Positions 8,914-18,134 of a stretch of DNA of 63,851 nt are shown here, piece after piece; positions within the stretch are counted from its first letter, which is position 1, and each line of letters begins with the position of its first letter. The notes beneath the pieces were generated by a model that was not told the DNA's origin, made no database searches, and saw nothing but the letters and a program-made list of their open reading frames with translations. The DNA is from a virus (lineage: Duplodnaviria > Heunggongvirae > Uroviricota > Caudoviricetes). The DNA lies in the IMG/VR virus record IMGVR_UViG_2879469214_000003, positions 64,001 through 127,851 of that record; one strand, given 5' to 3'. The position numbers and the translations under genes are program-made.

Positions 8914-9440
8914 TTTACTTCACCTCCTTTCAAGCGAACCAAAAGGAGACTCTGAGCTAACATCGCTAGGCTAACTACTGGATTCTGAATTAAAAATCCT
9001 ATTAAAACTGTTAACATTGATATGTACTTTAGATACTTAAAATACTTTTTCAGTATCTTGGTTTGGTTTTCAATGTTGGATGGTGCATATACAGTAACCA
9101 AGATAAAAGCTATCCCAGAACAAATCCATTCAAATCCACCGATTAAACCTCCAAATTCAGCAATCGATAGTATTAATACAGATGAGTAGATTAAGCATAA
9201 TTCTGGATAGTCGCTATGATATCCACCCGATGTCATTCTGAGAATTGAAAAGGATAAAACGCTGATAAAAACATTCGATAAATTCCCTGTGAATACACCT
9301 ATTAACAATAATAATGAAATGGGAATCACATTTGTAAAGATGAATTTCAAACTATATCGAGTAATCCCAAATGGCGGCAATTCATTGGGAAACTGTGCCA
9401 CCAACCTTGTAGCAGTGTTGTTTACAAATTTATCAATCAT
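8910..9440 (-). CDS. agrB: AgrB-family peptide-processing membrane protease
   Basis: LRMTSGGYH and C (ELCLIYS) catalytic motifs, YAP motif, multiple TMs. Confidence 0.9.
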   Translation of the reverse strand: MIDKFVNNTATRLVAQFPNELPPFGITRYSLKFIFTNVIPISLLLLIGVFTGNLSNVFISVLSFSILRMTSGGYHSDYPELCLIYSSVLILSIAEFGGLIGGFEWICSGIAFILVTVYAPSNIENQTKILKKYFKYLKYISMLTVLIGFLIQNPVVSLAMLAQSLLLVRLKGGEVK

Positions 9441-10081
9441 CTAGCCTCACTCTTTTCTTTTACAACATCTACGAAAATAATATTAACTAAACAGATCAAC
9501 CAAAACAGTAATCCCAAATATATGTTTTCGATCTGTTTAACATTGTATAGAAGCGAAATGGCCAACAAACCGATGAAAACGCTAATTATATTTGTTCTAT
9601 TTATTTTAATTTTAAATGTGTAGTCATATGGCATTGTAGTATACCAAATTCTTCTTCTTTGTAGTGTTAAGGTAAGAATGATCAGCAATGAATTTCCGAT
9701 TAGTTGAATGTAAGATCCCAATTCGTCAATTGTTGCTGTGTAACTCTTGCTAGTAGCGAACATCATTATTATAGCAACCAGCATTTGAGAGATGAGTTGA
9801 GCCCCAAAACCATATATACTTAATTTCACACTGCTCCATGGACGAATTCTAAAATAAAAAGTAAGAAGTGTGACTAATAGAATAAAACAAATGAGAGGTA
9901 TGAATCCTGAGATCGCTTCATTTGATCTCATTAGAAATGTTCCTATTGATATTAAAACATTGCTAACTAAAATCTCTTTCCAATAATCTTTAAAACTAAC
10001 CTTAAAACACCCAAATGCAAACATGAAAATTGTAATCCCGTCCATTAAGCTCATTGCTGCATAAATTAAATCATTCTTCAT
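9437..10081 (-). CDS. Polytopic membrane protein resembling an AgrC sensor domain without a kinase domain
   Basis: 214 aa, about 6-7 TMs, no H-box or HATPase, stop overlaps agrB start. Confidence 0.65.
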   Translation of the reverse strand: MKNDLIYAAMSLMDGITIFMFAFGCFKVSFKDYWKEILVSNVLISIGTFLMRSNEAISGFIPLICFILLVTLLTFYFRIRPWSSVKLSIYGFGAQLISQMLVAIIMMFATSKSYTATIDELGSYIQLIGNSLLIILTLTLQRRRIWYTTMPYDYTFKIKINRTNIISVFIGLLAISLLYNVKQIENIYLGLLFWLICLVNIIFVDVVKEKSEAR

Positions 10082-10115
10082 TCTGGTTATCTCCGTCCTA
10101 ATGTGTTTTCTTTAA

Positions 10116-10176
10116 TTACACTAAAATAATATGTATTTCATGAATTAAATATATCATATAGACCCATAGGAGTCAA
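10116..10176 (-). promoter_or_regulatory. Promoter of Agr-like cassette with inverted repeated box in the leader
   Basis: TTGACT(10176-10171)-17-TATATT(10153-10148); TTACACTAAAATAAT box on plus strand from 10116. Confidence 0.7.
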
Positions 10177-10190
10177 CTATTTATACAACA

Positions 10191-10221
10191 AAAAAAGAAT
10201 AAAGTTTTCACTCTATTCTTT
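10191..10221 (-). terminator. Terminator after mrpR
   Basis: AAAGAATAGAG / CTTTATTCTTT stem followed by U run on minus strand. Confidence 0.55.
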
Positions 10222-11230
10222 AAAGTCCATACACTTTTTCAATTGTGGGAATATTCAAGAATTCTGACCTCATAGGCCCAGATTGATACTGACCCATTTT
10301 ATCTTTCTTTATGTTGAAGTGTTCAAATATTTCCGAATATTCTTCTGCCTCTAACTTATTCCGCTTATGATACAAGTCTCTTGCCACTTTCAACATTCCA
10401 CTATTTCTTACGTTTTTTACAGTTAATTGAGGTAAGTTGTGCCACTCCGCTATTTTTTTCAGTCTTGATTGAACTAAATATATAGAAGTTGGCTCATCTA
10501 TTCCCTGTTTGATTGTAGAATTAACAGCGGATCTAAGAATATAGTCGTTATCAATCAATTCATTTACACTACTTTTAATGTTGGGCTTTAGTATGCCATT
10601 ATTCTTAATGTATTTCTCTTCTTTATTTGCTATTCTTAAAATGTTATATAAAAAATTAGATATTTTTATTTCTCTACTTTCTTTAGTCCCATCTCCATTA
10701 TCATTGAATAAGGTAATTCTATATTTCCCTTCACTTCCAGTTATGTGTTCCATTTTCATATTAAGAATTTCACTGTTTCCTTTACCCATAATTCCCTCAA
10801 ATAAAGCTTGAACTATTAGCTTATCCTGAAAATTCAAACACCCATCTACGACCTCACCTATATCATCTTCACTAAACAATGATTGATGGTTATCAATTAT
10901 AAATTGGCTATACCACTCAAAAGATGTTACCGCACTTAATGGGTTTATATTGTCTTTACGCAAGTCTTGATCTATCGCCCATCCTATGTAGTTATTAATA
11001 ACACTACCTGCTTGCCTTAAAGATGATATTTTTTTTGCCTTCAATAAATACAGAAATTGAGATATTTCATCAAGATTAAAATCATAAAGATCTTTATCTA
11101 AACTTTTTTCCATTATAGCAGCCCTTTTGAAAACACGTCCATAGGCCAGTTCTGTTGCTGGGCTCAAGTCTTTAAGGTATCTGCTTTTTTGATCTTTGTT
11201 AAAAAAATCTTCATTGTATATTTTATTCAC
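10220..11230 (-). CDS. mrpR: SPbeta-type master repressor MrpR/YopR (inactive tyrosine recombinase fold)
   Basis: FNKDQKSRYL, KDLYDF, YIGWAI, NFQDKLIVQALFEG, LTVKNVRNSG match YopR pattern; catalytic residues degenerate; GTG start at 11230 after GGAGGAG. Confidence 0.85.
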   Translation of the reverse strand: MNKIYNEDFFNKDQKSRYLKDLSPATELAYGRVFKRAAIMEKSLDKDLYDFNLDEISQFLYLLKAKKISSLRQAGSVINNYIGWAIDQDLRKDNINPLSAVTSFEWYSQFIIDNHQSLFSEDDIGEVVDGCLNFQDKLIVQALFEGIMGKGNSEILNMKMEHITGSEGKYRITLFNDNGDGTKESREIKISNFLYNILRIANKEEKYIKNNGILKPNIKSSVNELIDNDYILRSAVNSTIKQGIDEPTSIYLVQSRLKKIAEWHNLPQLTVKNVRNSGMLKVARDLYHKRNKLEAEEYSEIFEHFNIKKDKMGQYQSGPMRSEFLNIPTIEKVYGL

Positions 11231-12545
11231 CTTTATCGTCTCCTCCAAACAGCTCAACAAAGTAATTAAAAAGTTGTTCACGAAGTCTTTTGTTATTAGT
11301 CAAAGAAGCTTTAGAATTTAATTTTGTCTCTAAATTCACTAAGTCATTTTCAATAATATTAATGTACTGTTCAATATCAGCAAATTCAATCTCATTATCC
11401 TTTAAAAATCTAGACAGTACAATGTAACCAATAAACATTAAAGGGTGACTCATCCATCCATTCTCACGCAATTGAGTATTTTTCGAAAACTCATTTGGAT
11501 AATAACCTACGAGATAAACAAAAAAGTCATTTAGATACTTAGAGACCTGTATTACATCAAATTTTCTTTCCATCTTAAATGCGCGGTCTATAGCATAAGA
11601 TAGAATATCGAATGTCGTTAGCTCACCAGCTAAATCACTTACAGTACTCCCTGAAGCAATCTGTTTACCAATTTCTGATTTGCGCTGTAGTTCGACTACA
11701 ACTTTATCAGATAATTTTTCTTGAGCGAGCTCCTTTCTTCTCTCTTTATTCAATACGTTAATAGTATTGAGTTGACTAAAAAACTGCTTAGATGTCTCAT
11801 AATCATAAATTCTAACTGATAGTATTTCATTAAAATCCGTCAAAGGATTAATGCTAATAGCGGCAACAAATCCCTGTAATCGATGGAAGCCATCAAGGAT
11901 AGAAATTACTGCTCCATCATTTATAGTCAACATTCTTGTATCTGAATTATAACTTACAGGATCAATTTCTGTAGAGTATACATTTAATGTTATCATGTCC
12001 TCAAAATACTTGTTATCAGAGGCTTTAGCAGCAATTCTCTTTACACTTGCTCTGTTTAAAATTGGAGATTTAACTATCCCACCTGATTTATTCTGCTTAT
12101 AAGTCACTCCACGCTGAGTTTCTTCTTCATAAATTATAAGTTGACTATTTACCATCTTGACCAATTCTTTAATTGAAATTTTAGTGAGATAACTGTCATA
12201 TTTAACTTCAATTACATCATTTAAAGTGTAAGGTAAATAAATTTTATTTTGTTCTTTTTCTTTTAATGATATTAAAGCTTCTCTAATTTCACGTTCTCCA
12301 AAATATCTTTCTCGACTAGGGTTGGATTGATCCACCTCATGTAATGCGCTAACAATGCCCACTAAATGAGGTATAGATAACTCAGTTATTGTTTCTTCAT
12401 TTTGATAAATTCTCTGTATCATTCCAAACGGTACATTGTATTCAACCAGTTTTAGATTTAACTCGTACTGAGATTTTCTTGAATTTTGTGTTGATTTTAA
12501 AGTTTCTAAAATTTCTTTCTCAATATCAGATCGATCAAATTTCAT
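11223..12545 (-). CDS. DndB/DGQHR-like protein, SPbeta YopQ (SroE)-like
   Basis: ILDGFHRL motif, 440 aa, directly upstream of mrpR as in SPbeta. Confidence 0.75.
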   Translation of the reverse strand: MKFDRSDIEKEILETLKSTQNSRKSQYELNLKLVEYNVPFGMIQRIYQNEETITELSIPHLVGIVSALHEVDQSNPSRERYFGEREIREALISLKEKEQNKIYLPYTLNDVIEVKYDSYLTKISIKELVKMVNSQLIIYEEETQRGVTYKQNKSGGIVKSPILNRASVKRIAAKASDNKYFEDMITLNVYSTEIDPVSYNSDTRMLTINDGAVISILDGFHRLQGFVAAISINPLTDFNEILSVRIYDYETSKQFFSQLNTINVLNKERRKELAQEKLSDKVVVELQRKSEIGKQIASGSTVSDLAGELTTFDILSYAIDRAFKMERKFDVIQVSKYLNDFFVYLVGYYPNEFSKNTQLRENGWMSHPLMFIGYIVLSRFLKDNEIEFADIEQYINIIENDLVNLETKLNSKASLTNNKRLREQLFNYFVELFGGDDKGE

Positions 12546-12721
12546 CTATGTACTCACCTCTAATAAGCATTATAGCACATATAGCTTAAAATAATACAGG
12601 GATTACTCGACCAAAAGAACTATTAGAACTATTTCTTATAATCTTATTTAACACTTTATTAACATCTACTTAGATAATACTACACAATAAATAGCATTGC
12701 AAAATAAAGAAAAGCCTCCAT

Positions 12722-12928
12722 TTAGAGACTTTTATCTTCCATCCATTTATGTAAATCTAGATTAGTCTTAATAACTTTTTTTTCAACTATGTCGTAAATT
12801 CTATATCCATTAAACATAAAATTGTTGAGTTCGTGAGGCTTTTCTGATCCCAAGTTCAAGCACTTCCAAGTTTGCATTTTTGTGTCCACATTATAATCAG
12901 TAAGTTTCATTAACCAATATCTCTTCAT
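12722..12928 (-). CDS. Hypothetical protein between mazF and yopQ-like gene
   Basis: 68 aa with SD GGAGGGG. Confidence 0.65.
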   Translation of the reverse strand: MKRYWLMKLTDYNVDTKMQTWKCLNLGSEKPHELNNFMFNGYRIYDIVEKKVIKTNLDLHKWMEDKSL

Positions 12929-12997
12929 AGCCCCTCCGTCTCGATAGTATTATGCAAATTATATTTGTGCAATTATCTCAAGACAAGCGGTAAAATA

Positions 12998-13369
12998 TTA
13001 CAAAGACAACGATAGTTGTAGTGCCTTGTTAATTGAATTTCCAAAGTGTCTTGGAAGTTCTGCAATTTTAAAGTCTAACTGATCTTTTGAAACTGTCATG
13101 ATTTGTTCCAACAGAATAATACTATCTTCATATAATCCAATTTCATCTTTATTTACTTTAACATGTGTGGGCATAGCCTTTTTCACTCTACTTGTAACTG
13201 GGGCCACAATCACTACTGGACTATATTTATTTCCCATGTCGTTTCCTAAAACGATACACGGTCTCTCTCCACTTTGGACGCTGCCTTTATTTCTTCCTAG
13301 GTTTACATTCCACATATCTAATCTCTTAACTTCTTTCATTACTCTCTCCATTACTACTGCCATAATCAC
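12998..13369 (-). CDS. mazF: MazF/PemK (EndoA-like) endoribonuclease
   Basis: GSVQSGERPCIVLGNDMGNKYSPVVIVAPVTS, PTHV, LEQIMTVSK; catalytic Arg and Thr present. Confidence 0.9.
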   Translation of the reverse strand: MIMAVVMERVMKEVKRLDMWNVNLGRNKGSVQSGERPCIVLGNDMGNKYSPVVIVAPVTSRVKKAMPTHVKVNKDEIGLYEDSIILLEQIMTVSKDQLDFKIAELPRHFGNSINKALQLSLSL

Positions 13370-13608
13370 CGCTCCTTATTATTTTTCAATTAAACTCTAT
13401 AATCTATATGTACCACATTCAATTAGTTTTTAAACCTTATGTACTATATAAGTATTATAATCGTTTAATTGATTTTTAACAATAGGAACATACGTTTGTC
13501 AAGAACATTTAGTAGGTGACTAAAATTTTCCTTAGATACCCGAATAACCTATTGACTTTTAGGATATATATGGTATTAAGACTAATCTAATCAATTTGGA
13601 GTGATACT

Positions 13609-14097
13609 ATGAAACGAAAAGATGAATGGAATGCAAATGATGATTTCAAACTTGCAGAGATGGTTTTGTCATACATTAAATATGGTAAGTCTCAACTTCA
13701 AGCGTTTGATGATGTAGGTGAGAAACTAGGTAGAACTCCAGCCGCTTGCGGATTCCGCTGGAATTCTAATGTAAGACATAAATATAAAGATGCAATTTAC
13801 ATGGCAAAAATGGAGAAATTAAATAGTAAAATAAAATCTTCTTCTGGTTCTAAAGAAAAGTCATTTTCATTCGATGATGTTATCGCCCATCTATTAGCTG
13901 CTAAGGATGGATTACAGCACCTTGAAAGAGAAAAAGAAGTCATAAGACAAAAGATACAGAATGTATCCTTAGAGATCGAAAATAAGCGTTCTGAGATGAA
14001 TACAGTTACGCTTCAGAATACTCAGGCTCTAGCAAAGATATTATCTAAAGCCGCAGATTTGGGACTCTTTGAACATAACAAAAAACCCGCCATTTAA
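13609..14097 (+). CDS. rsfA: RsfA/YlbO-family transcriptional regulator
   Basis: RKDEW..DD..LAEMVL..I..G.SQL.AF..VG.KL.RT.AACGFRWNS.VR signature. Confidence 0.9.
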   Translation: MKRKDEWNANDDFKLAEMVLSYIKYGKSQLQAFDDVGEKLGRTPAACGFRWNSNVRHKYKDAIYMAKMEKLNSKIKSSSGSKEKSFSFDDVIAHLLAAKDGLQHLEREKEVIRQKIQNVSLEIENKRSEMNTVTLQNTQALAKILSKAADLGLFEHNKKPAI

Positions 14098-14109
14098 TTG
14101 GTGGGTTTT
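14081..14109. terminator. Bidirectional terminator
   Basis: AAAACCCGCCA / TGGTGGGTTTT stem between convergent genes. Confidence 0.7.
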
Positions 14110-14149
14110 AATATTGTATTTATATAAAATCTACATTTTATTATAATTT

Positions 14150-15040
14150 CTATCCCTTAAAAGTCTGAATAACATCCTCGATCATTCTTTTCTTATCTTC
14201 GTTGCTTGATAGTTTTAGTCCTCTTCCTGCCGCTGCATAGAAGTGATGAAGCAGTACAACACGACGATTTCCCCAATAGTAAAGAGAATAGGCCCTATCT
14301 GCTTTGTGATCCTTGACAAGTTCCAAAGACCCTAATTGTTTATTTCTTGATACCATCTCAAGCAGAATATCACAAGAGTTACTACCATTACACACAATCC
14401 AGCCATCTCTAGTAAGTGATTTATGTATTGTATCAAAGAGTAAAGTTAAGTAATTTTTAAATTCAGGAATTGTATTAAAGAGCTTTTCAACATCTGAACT
14501 GTGGGGTTTAAACCTATGCGAGTGAAAAGGAATAAATTCTGCGGCGCAAAAATTTTCAAGTGATTTAATAACTTTTGCGCTCGTTTCTTCCTTGGTCAAG
14601 CCCTGTTTAAATTCCAACCAATTTGTGTACTCCCCTTCAATTAGAGATGTTGCCAATGGTGTCATTTCTCTATAGTACCTTCCAATTGGCACCGCAACAT
14701 GTTTAAATATACCTTCTGAATTATAGAATCTTGAATATTCCTCCCACGTTGATAAAGCAGCTTGTTTCTCCTTGACAGTTTTGTTGGTATTCTTAGTGTC
14801 TAGATGAGGGTTCAACCCCAGAGTTACAAATTTTATTTCTTTTCCTCCAGAAGCAAAAGGAACTGGAGCAATCAATTGTCCCATATACTCACTAACTAAT
14901 AATGTTTCATTTTTTAAACGCAGCGCTGAATTGAATCTGTTTACTATGTCACTGAAGTCAGAGCTCTGATTAATTATGTCACCAGTTAACTTGTCATCTT
15001 TAGTAAAACAAGAAATTAGATTTAGAAATTCCTCTTCCAT
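14150..15040 (-). CDS. UDG-superfamily DNA glycosylase-like protein (Brig1-like?)
   Basis: LGLNP, AEFIPFHS, IVCNG, LLHH motifs in UDG-fold order. Confidence 0.5.
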   Translation of the reverse strand: MEEEFLNLISCFTKDDKLTGDIINQSSDFSDIVNRFNSALRLKNETLLVSEYMGQLIAPVPFASGGKEIKFVTLGLNPHLDTKNTNKTVKEKQAALSTWEEYSRFYNSEGIFKHVAVPIGRYYREMTPLATSLIEGEYTNWLEFKQGLTKEETSAKVIKSLENFCAAEFIPFHSHRFKPHSSDVEKLFNTIPEFKNYLTLLFDTIHKSLTRDGWIVCNGSNSCDILLEMVSRNKQLGSLELVKDHKADRAYSLYYWGNRRVVLLHHFYAAAGRGLKLSSNEDKKRMIEDVIQTFKG

Positions 15041-15079
15041 ATGTATCCCCCTAACAGAAATTTAGATCAAACTTGCATT

Positions 15080-15328
15080 TTACTCAGAATCAATCTTGGT
15101 CCATCGAGTTTGGTTGCCCATCTTGTTATAATCCATATCAAATAATCTTTTTGCGCCAGCTAATTTATCATGCCACAAACCCTCTATGAGTGAATAAGAT
15201 CCATCATCGAAACATTTTCGGATTTCGATATCGTATCGCTCTCCCAACACTTCTGAATCCACTCTGGTTATAATTGCTTTATAGATGAATTCCTCATCAT
15301 CGAAACTGATTATTTTCTCCCACTTCAT
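15080..15328 (-). CDS. Hypothetical protein
   Basis: 82 aa, SD, array context. Confidence 0.6.
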   Translation of the reverse strand: MKWEKIISFDDEEFIYKAIITRVDSEVLGERYDIEIRKCFDDGSYSLIEGLWHDKLAGAKRLFDMDYNKMGNQTRWTKIDSE

Positions 15329-15361
15329 TGCTCATCCTCTTTTCCAAATGAAACATGCCTT

Positions 15362-15568
15362 TTACTTAATCGCAATCACTGTTCTAAGTCCATCTTCATT
15401 TAGGCTCACACCATAACCGCCAATTGACTTCACTGTCTTATATAAATCCTCAGCGATTCGCTTGTAGTTGTCTCCATAGTGAAATGAATCAAGAGCAACT
15501 TCCTTATTCGTATGTAATTCTTGCAGCAGATTAACCATTACAGGAATACTGCTGTTCATCGTAGGCAT
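15362..15568 (-). CDS. Hypothetical protein
   Basis: 68 aa, SD GGAGGAG. Confidence 0.6.
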   Translation of the reverse strand: MPTMNSSIPVMVNLLQELHTNKEVALDSFHYGDNYKRIAEDLYKTVKSIGGYGVSLNEDGLRTVIAIK

Positions 15569-15703
15569 ACAGTTCTCCTCCCAGTATGTTTGTGTTCTAT
15601 TGATCTATTGGTATGTACGAGCGACCACGAAGCCTTCAGGGCAGTCTCTGAGGTCATCTAAGTAAAGGTTTATCTTGTCTGTCATGATCGCACCACTTTC
15701 TTT

Positions 15704-16198
15704 CTATTTATAATCTTTTGTTAGGTCTACTCCAATCGAGATGGAGTTAAATCTGCATGTTAAGTGAGTTTCAGAAACTTTCAGATCCTCAAAATTGCCT
15801 CTTGTTACGGTTTGAACCATATCAATAGAATTCTCTTTGTCAATTGAAGAAATCTTTTTCAGATGAAGCCGAATTGTTTCGCCAATATAGTCAACCTTCC
15901 CAATATAGTATTGATCCACCACACTCGCTATGCTTAAATGCGTAACTCTTTTATTTGTAAGTCGAAATGAGCGATCAGTAAAATTCTCAAAATCTCTAGA
16001 TGCTCTACGTTTTTTTAAAAGACCATAGGCAACCGCACTTCCACAAATCATGAAAAGGTATAAGAAGACTCCAAAAAACGAACCACTTCCAAATAAAATT
16101 GCAATTGAAGGAAGGATTAAAAAAACAAAAACGAGACCTTCATTAGTAGTTGGATTTACTGGGCCTCCACCGAATCGTCCAATCATTGCTTGTGACAC
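15704..16198 (-). CDS. Two-TM membrane protein
   Basis: Two hydrophobic segments, SD GAGGAG. Confidence 0.65.
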   Translation of the reverse strand: MSQAMIGRFGGGPVNPTTNEGLVFVFLILPSIAILFGSGSFFGVFLYLFMICGSAVAYGLLKKRRASRDFENFTDRSFRLTNKRVTHLSIASVVDQYYIGKVDYIGETIRLHLKKISSIDKENSIDMVQTVTRGNFEDLKVSETHLTCRFNSISIGVDLTKDYK

Positions 16199-16241
16199 TC
16201 CTCATTTTATCATCAGGATGAAACACATCTTTTATCTAAAC

Positions 16242-16691
16242 TTAAAATTTCAAATCTTTGCGGATATCTTCAGACTTAATATTGGTTTTTTCAATTTCAA
16301 CCAATAATCTTTTTAAATGTGGCAAGTTCAAAGTTTTTAATGCATTATTTATTGTTTCCCGATCAAGATTTTCTAGTTTGCCTAAGATTTCTTCTTTGGT
16401 TAAATTGACTGCATTACCTCTCTTGTTGTTCTTGAGATAAAGCTGCCAATTACCTCTTAATTTTGAGTATATTGAAGTGTTTTTGTTGGCTAATATTTGA
16501 CCTACCCGTTGCTTTGAAAGTCCAACTTCGGATGCAATAGATCCGTTCGTTCCTCCTTCAAGGAATAAAGTTAAGATGTTATTCTCTTCTTCGCTCAGAA
16601 GATCATTATATGATAGCCCATTCTCGTTAAACTTCTCTACCATTCCCAATAAACTCGCCTGTTGACTTGAAATATTACTTCTTTCCTTCAC
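16242..16691 (-). CDS. HTH protein, sigma region 4/LuxR-like N-terminus
   Basis: LSEEENNILTLFLEGGTNGSIASEVGLSKQRVGQIL. Confidence 0.65.
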   Translation of the reverse strand: MKERSNISSQQASLLGMVEKFNENGLSYNDLLSEEENNILTLFLEGGTNGSIASEVGLSKQRVGQILANKNTSIYSKLRGNWQLYLKNNKRGNAVNLTKEEILGKLENLDRETINNALKTLNLPHLKRLLVEIEKTNIKSEDIRKDLKF

Positions 16692-16734
16692 TTAGTTCAC
16701 CTTCTATTCAATTAAAATAGCCATTTCATTGCAA

Positions 16735-16962
16735 CTAATGAATTACTCGACGCTTTACAATTTCATTCTTTATTTCGTCAAACACGCTAATGGTCTCAAT
16801 GTTCCGATTTTTATAGTCCTCACCGTAGTTTAAAGGAATATCAAACTCAACTGCCATATCGCTAAGCAATCTCAAAAGGCTCTCCATTATTTCTTCATCA
16901 CTTTTTTTCACACTGTTAATAATCTCATTTTTTCTTTCCATATAGTCATATGGGTTATTCAT
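16735..16962 (-). CDS. Hypothetical protein
   Basis: 75 aa, SD AAGGAG. Confidence 0.6.
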   Translation of the reverse strand: MNNPYDYMERKNEIINSVKKSDEEIMESLLRLLSDMAVEFDIPLNYGEDYKNRNIETISVFDEIKNEIVKRRVIH

Positions 16963-17011
16963 TACTAAATCATCTCCTTATAATAAAACAGTCATTTCAC
17001 CTTGAATACTT

Positions 17012-17221
17012 TTAAAAATCGTAATTATCAATACAATTTTCGATATTTGCAACATCATCAACGCTCAAATTCTTACTATCTTTAGAGAAAACTTTAACAG
17101 TCATATCTCCTTTTTTTCCTGATACAATAACATTAAATTCATTACCAAGATCCCGATTAATACCACTTTCCACAACTTCAGGATCTTTATTAATCCCAAT
17201 GTTGCGTGTCACCATATTCAT
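17012..17221 (-). CDS. Hypothetical protein
   Basis: 69 aa, SD AAGGAG. Confidence 0.6.
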   Translation of the reverse strand: MNMVTRNIGINKDPEVVESGINRDLGNEFNVIVSGKKGDMTVKVFSKDSKNLSVDDVANIENCIDNYDF

Positions 17222-17251
17222 GTCATCATCTCCTTATGAAATAGTTATTTC

Positions 17252-17611
17252 TCAGAAATTAAATTCTGCTTTCACTTCTGTTTTATAATAATTTACAAAC
17301 AGATCAGCAAAATACTTTACATGCTCTTCTGTACCGTAATACTCGTAAAAGTACTTGTACATTTTCTCTACTATTTGCTTCTGCTCAACTTGATCATATT
17401 CCCAGACACTCATATTCCCAAGGGCTTCATGAAACTCATTTAGAATAACCTCTTTGTCTTCATCAGTAGCTTCATGCATAAATTCAAGCCAAGTGCCCAA
17501 CGAATCGCAAACGACACCAGTCAGTGTACTCTCTCTGTCTGATAAGAATTCATTAAGATCGTCCATTATGATCTTTACCAAGAATGAAATAGATTCATTG
17601 CCAATCCCCAT
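17252..17611 (-). CDS. Hypothetical acidic protein
   Basis: 119 aa, SD GAGG. Confidence 0.6.
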   Translation of the reverse strand: MGIGNESISFLVKIIMDDLNEFLSDRESTLTGVVCDSLGTWLEFMHEATDEDKEVILNEFHEALGNMSVWEYDQVEQKQIVEKMYKYFYEYYGTEEHVKYFADLFVNYYKTEVKAEFNF

Positions 17612-17712
17612 ATTGAGACCTCACTTCTCTATGAAATAAACCTTTCACAACCTTATGTATGCTGCTACTATAACTTAATTATATAGTAGCAGTGAAATAA
17701 GTGAAATATGCA

Positions 17713-18048
17713 CTACTTAGTTTTTTCTAGTGATACTTGCACCCGTTTAACGGCAGATTTTGCAATCTCTATTTGCTTCCCATTCACAAACTCGATCATC
17801 GCCTCATCTGTTTTCAAATTGATAACCTTAGCTGGATTGATGTAAGTGTCTGCATCTGATTTAATAAGATTTTCTGAATCTCTCAACATTGAGACCCACT
17901 CAGCATTATTTAACATTCTATATTCAGAACTGTCAGTCACCAATTTTATTACAGACCCCTTTACTCCAGTTCGATTTAAATACTGAATCTCAGAAGCATT
18001 TAGAGTCTTAATTTCATCTGTCAAAATATCAATTACAGGAATAATCAA
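17713..18048 (-). CDS. Second stand-alone LytTR-domain protein
   Basis: IQYL, LVTDSSEY, LIKSDADTYINPAKV resemble LytTR; own promoter upstream. Confidence 0.65.
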   Translation of the reverse strand: MIIPVIDILTDEIKTLNASEIQYLNRTGVKGSVIKLVTDSSEYRMLNNAEWVSMLRDSENLIKSDADTYINPAKVINLKTDEAMIEFVNGKQIEIAKSAVKRVQVSLEKTK

Positions 18049-18134
18049 ATGGATTCACCTCGTGTATGTTTATATTACATTATCTAAATATATTGTTTCT
18101 GTTTACAGTACGTTGTTACCTTTTAACTGAAATA

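Noticed and set aside
12545-15100. Arbitrium aimR/aimP at the SPbeta-syntenic position
   Set aside because: No ~380-aa TPR regulator or short signal-peptide gene seen; they could still lie outside the window
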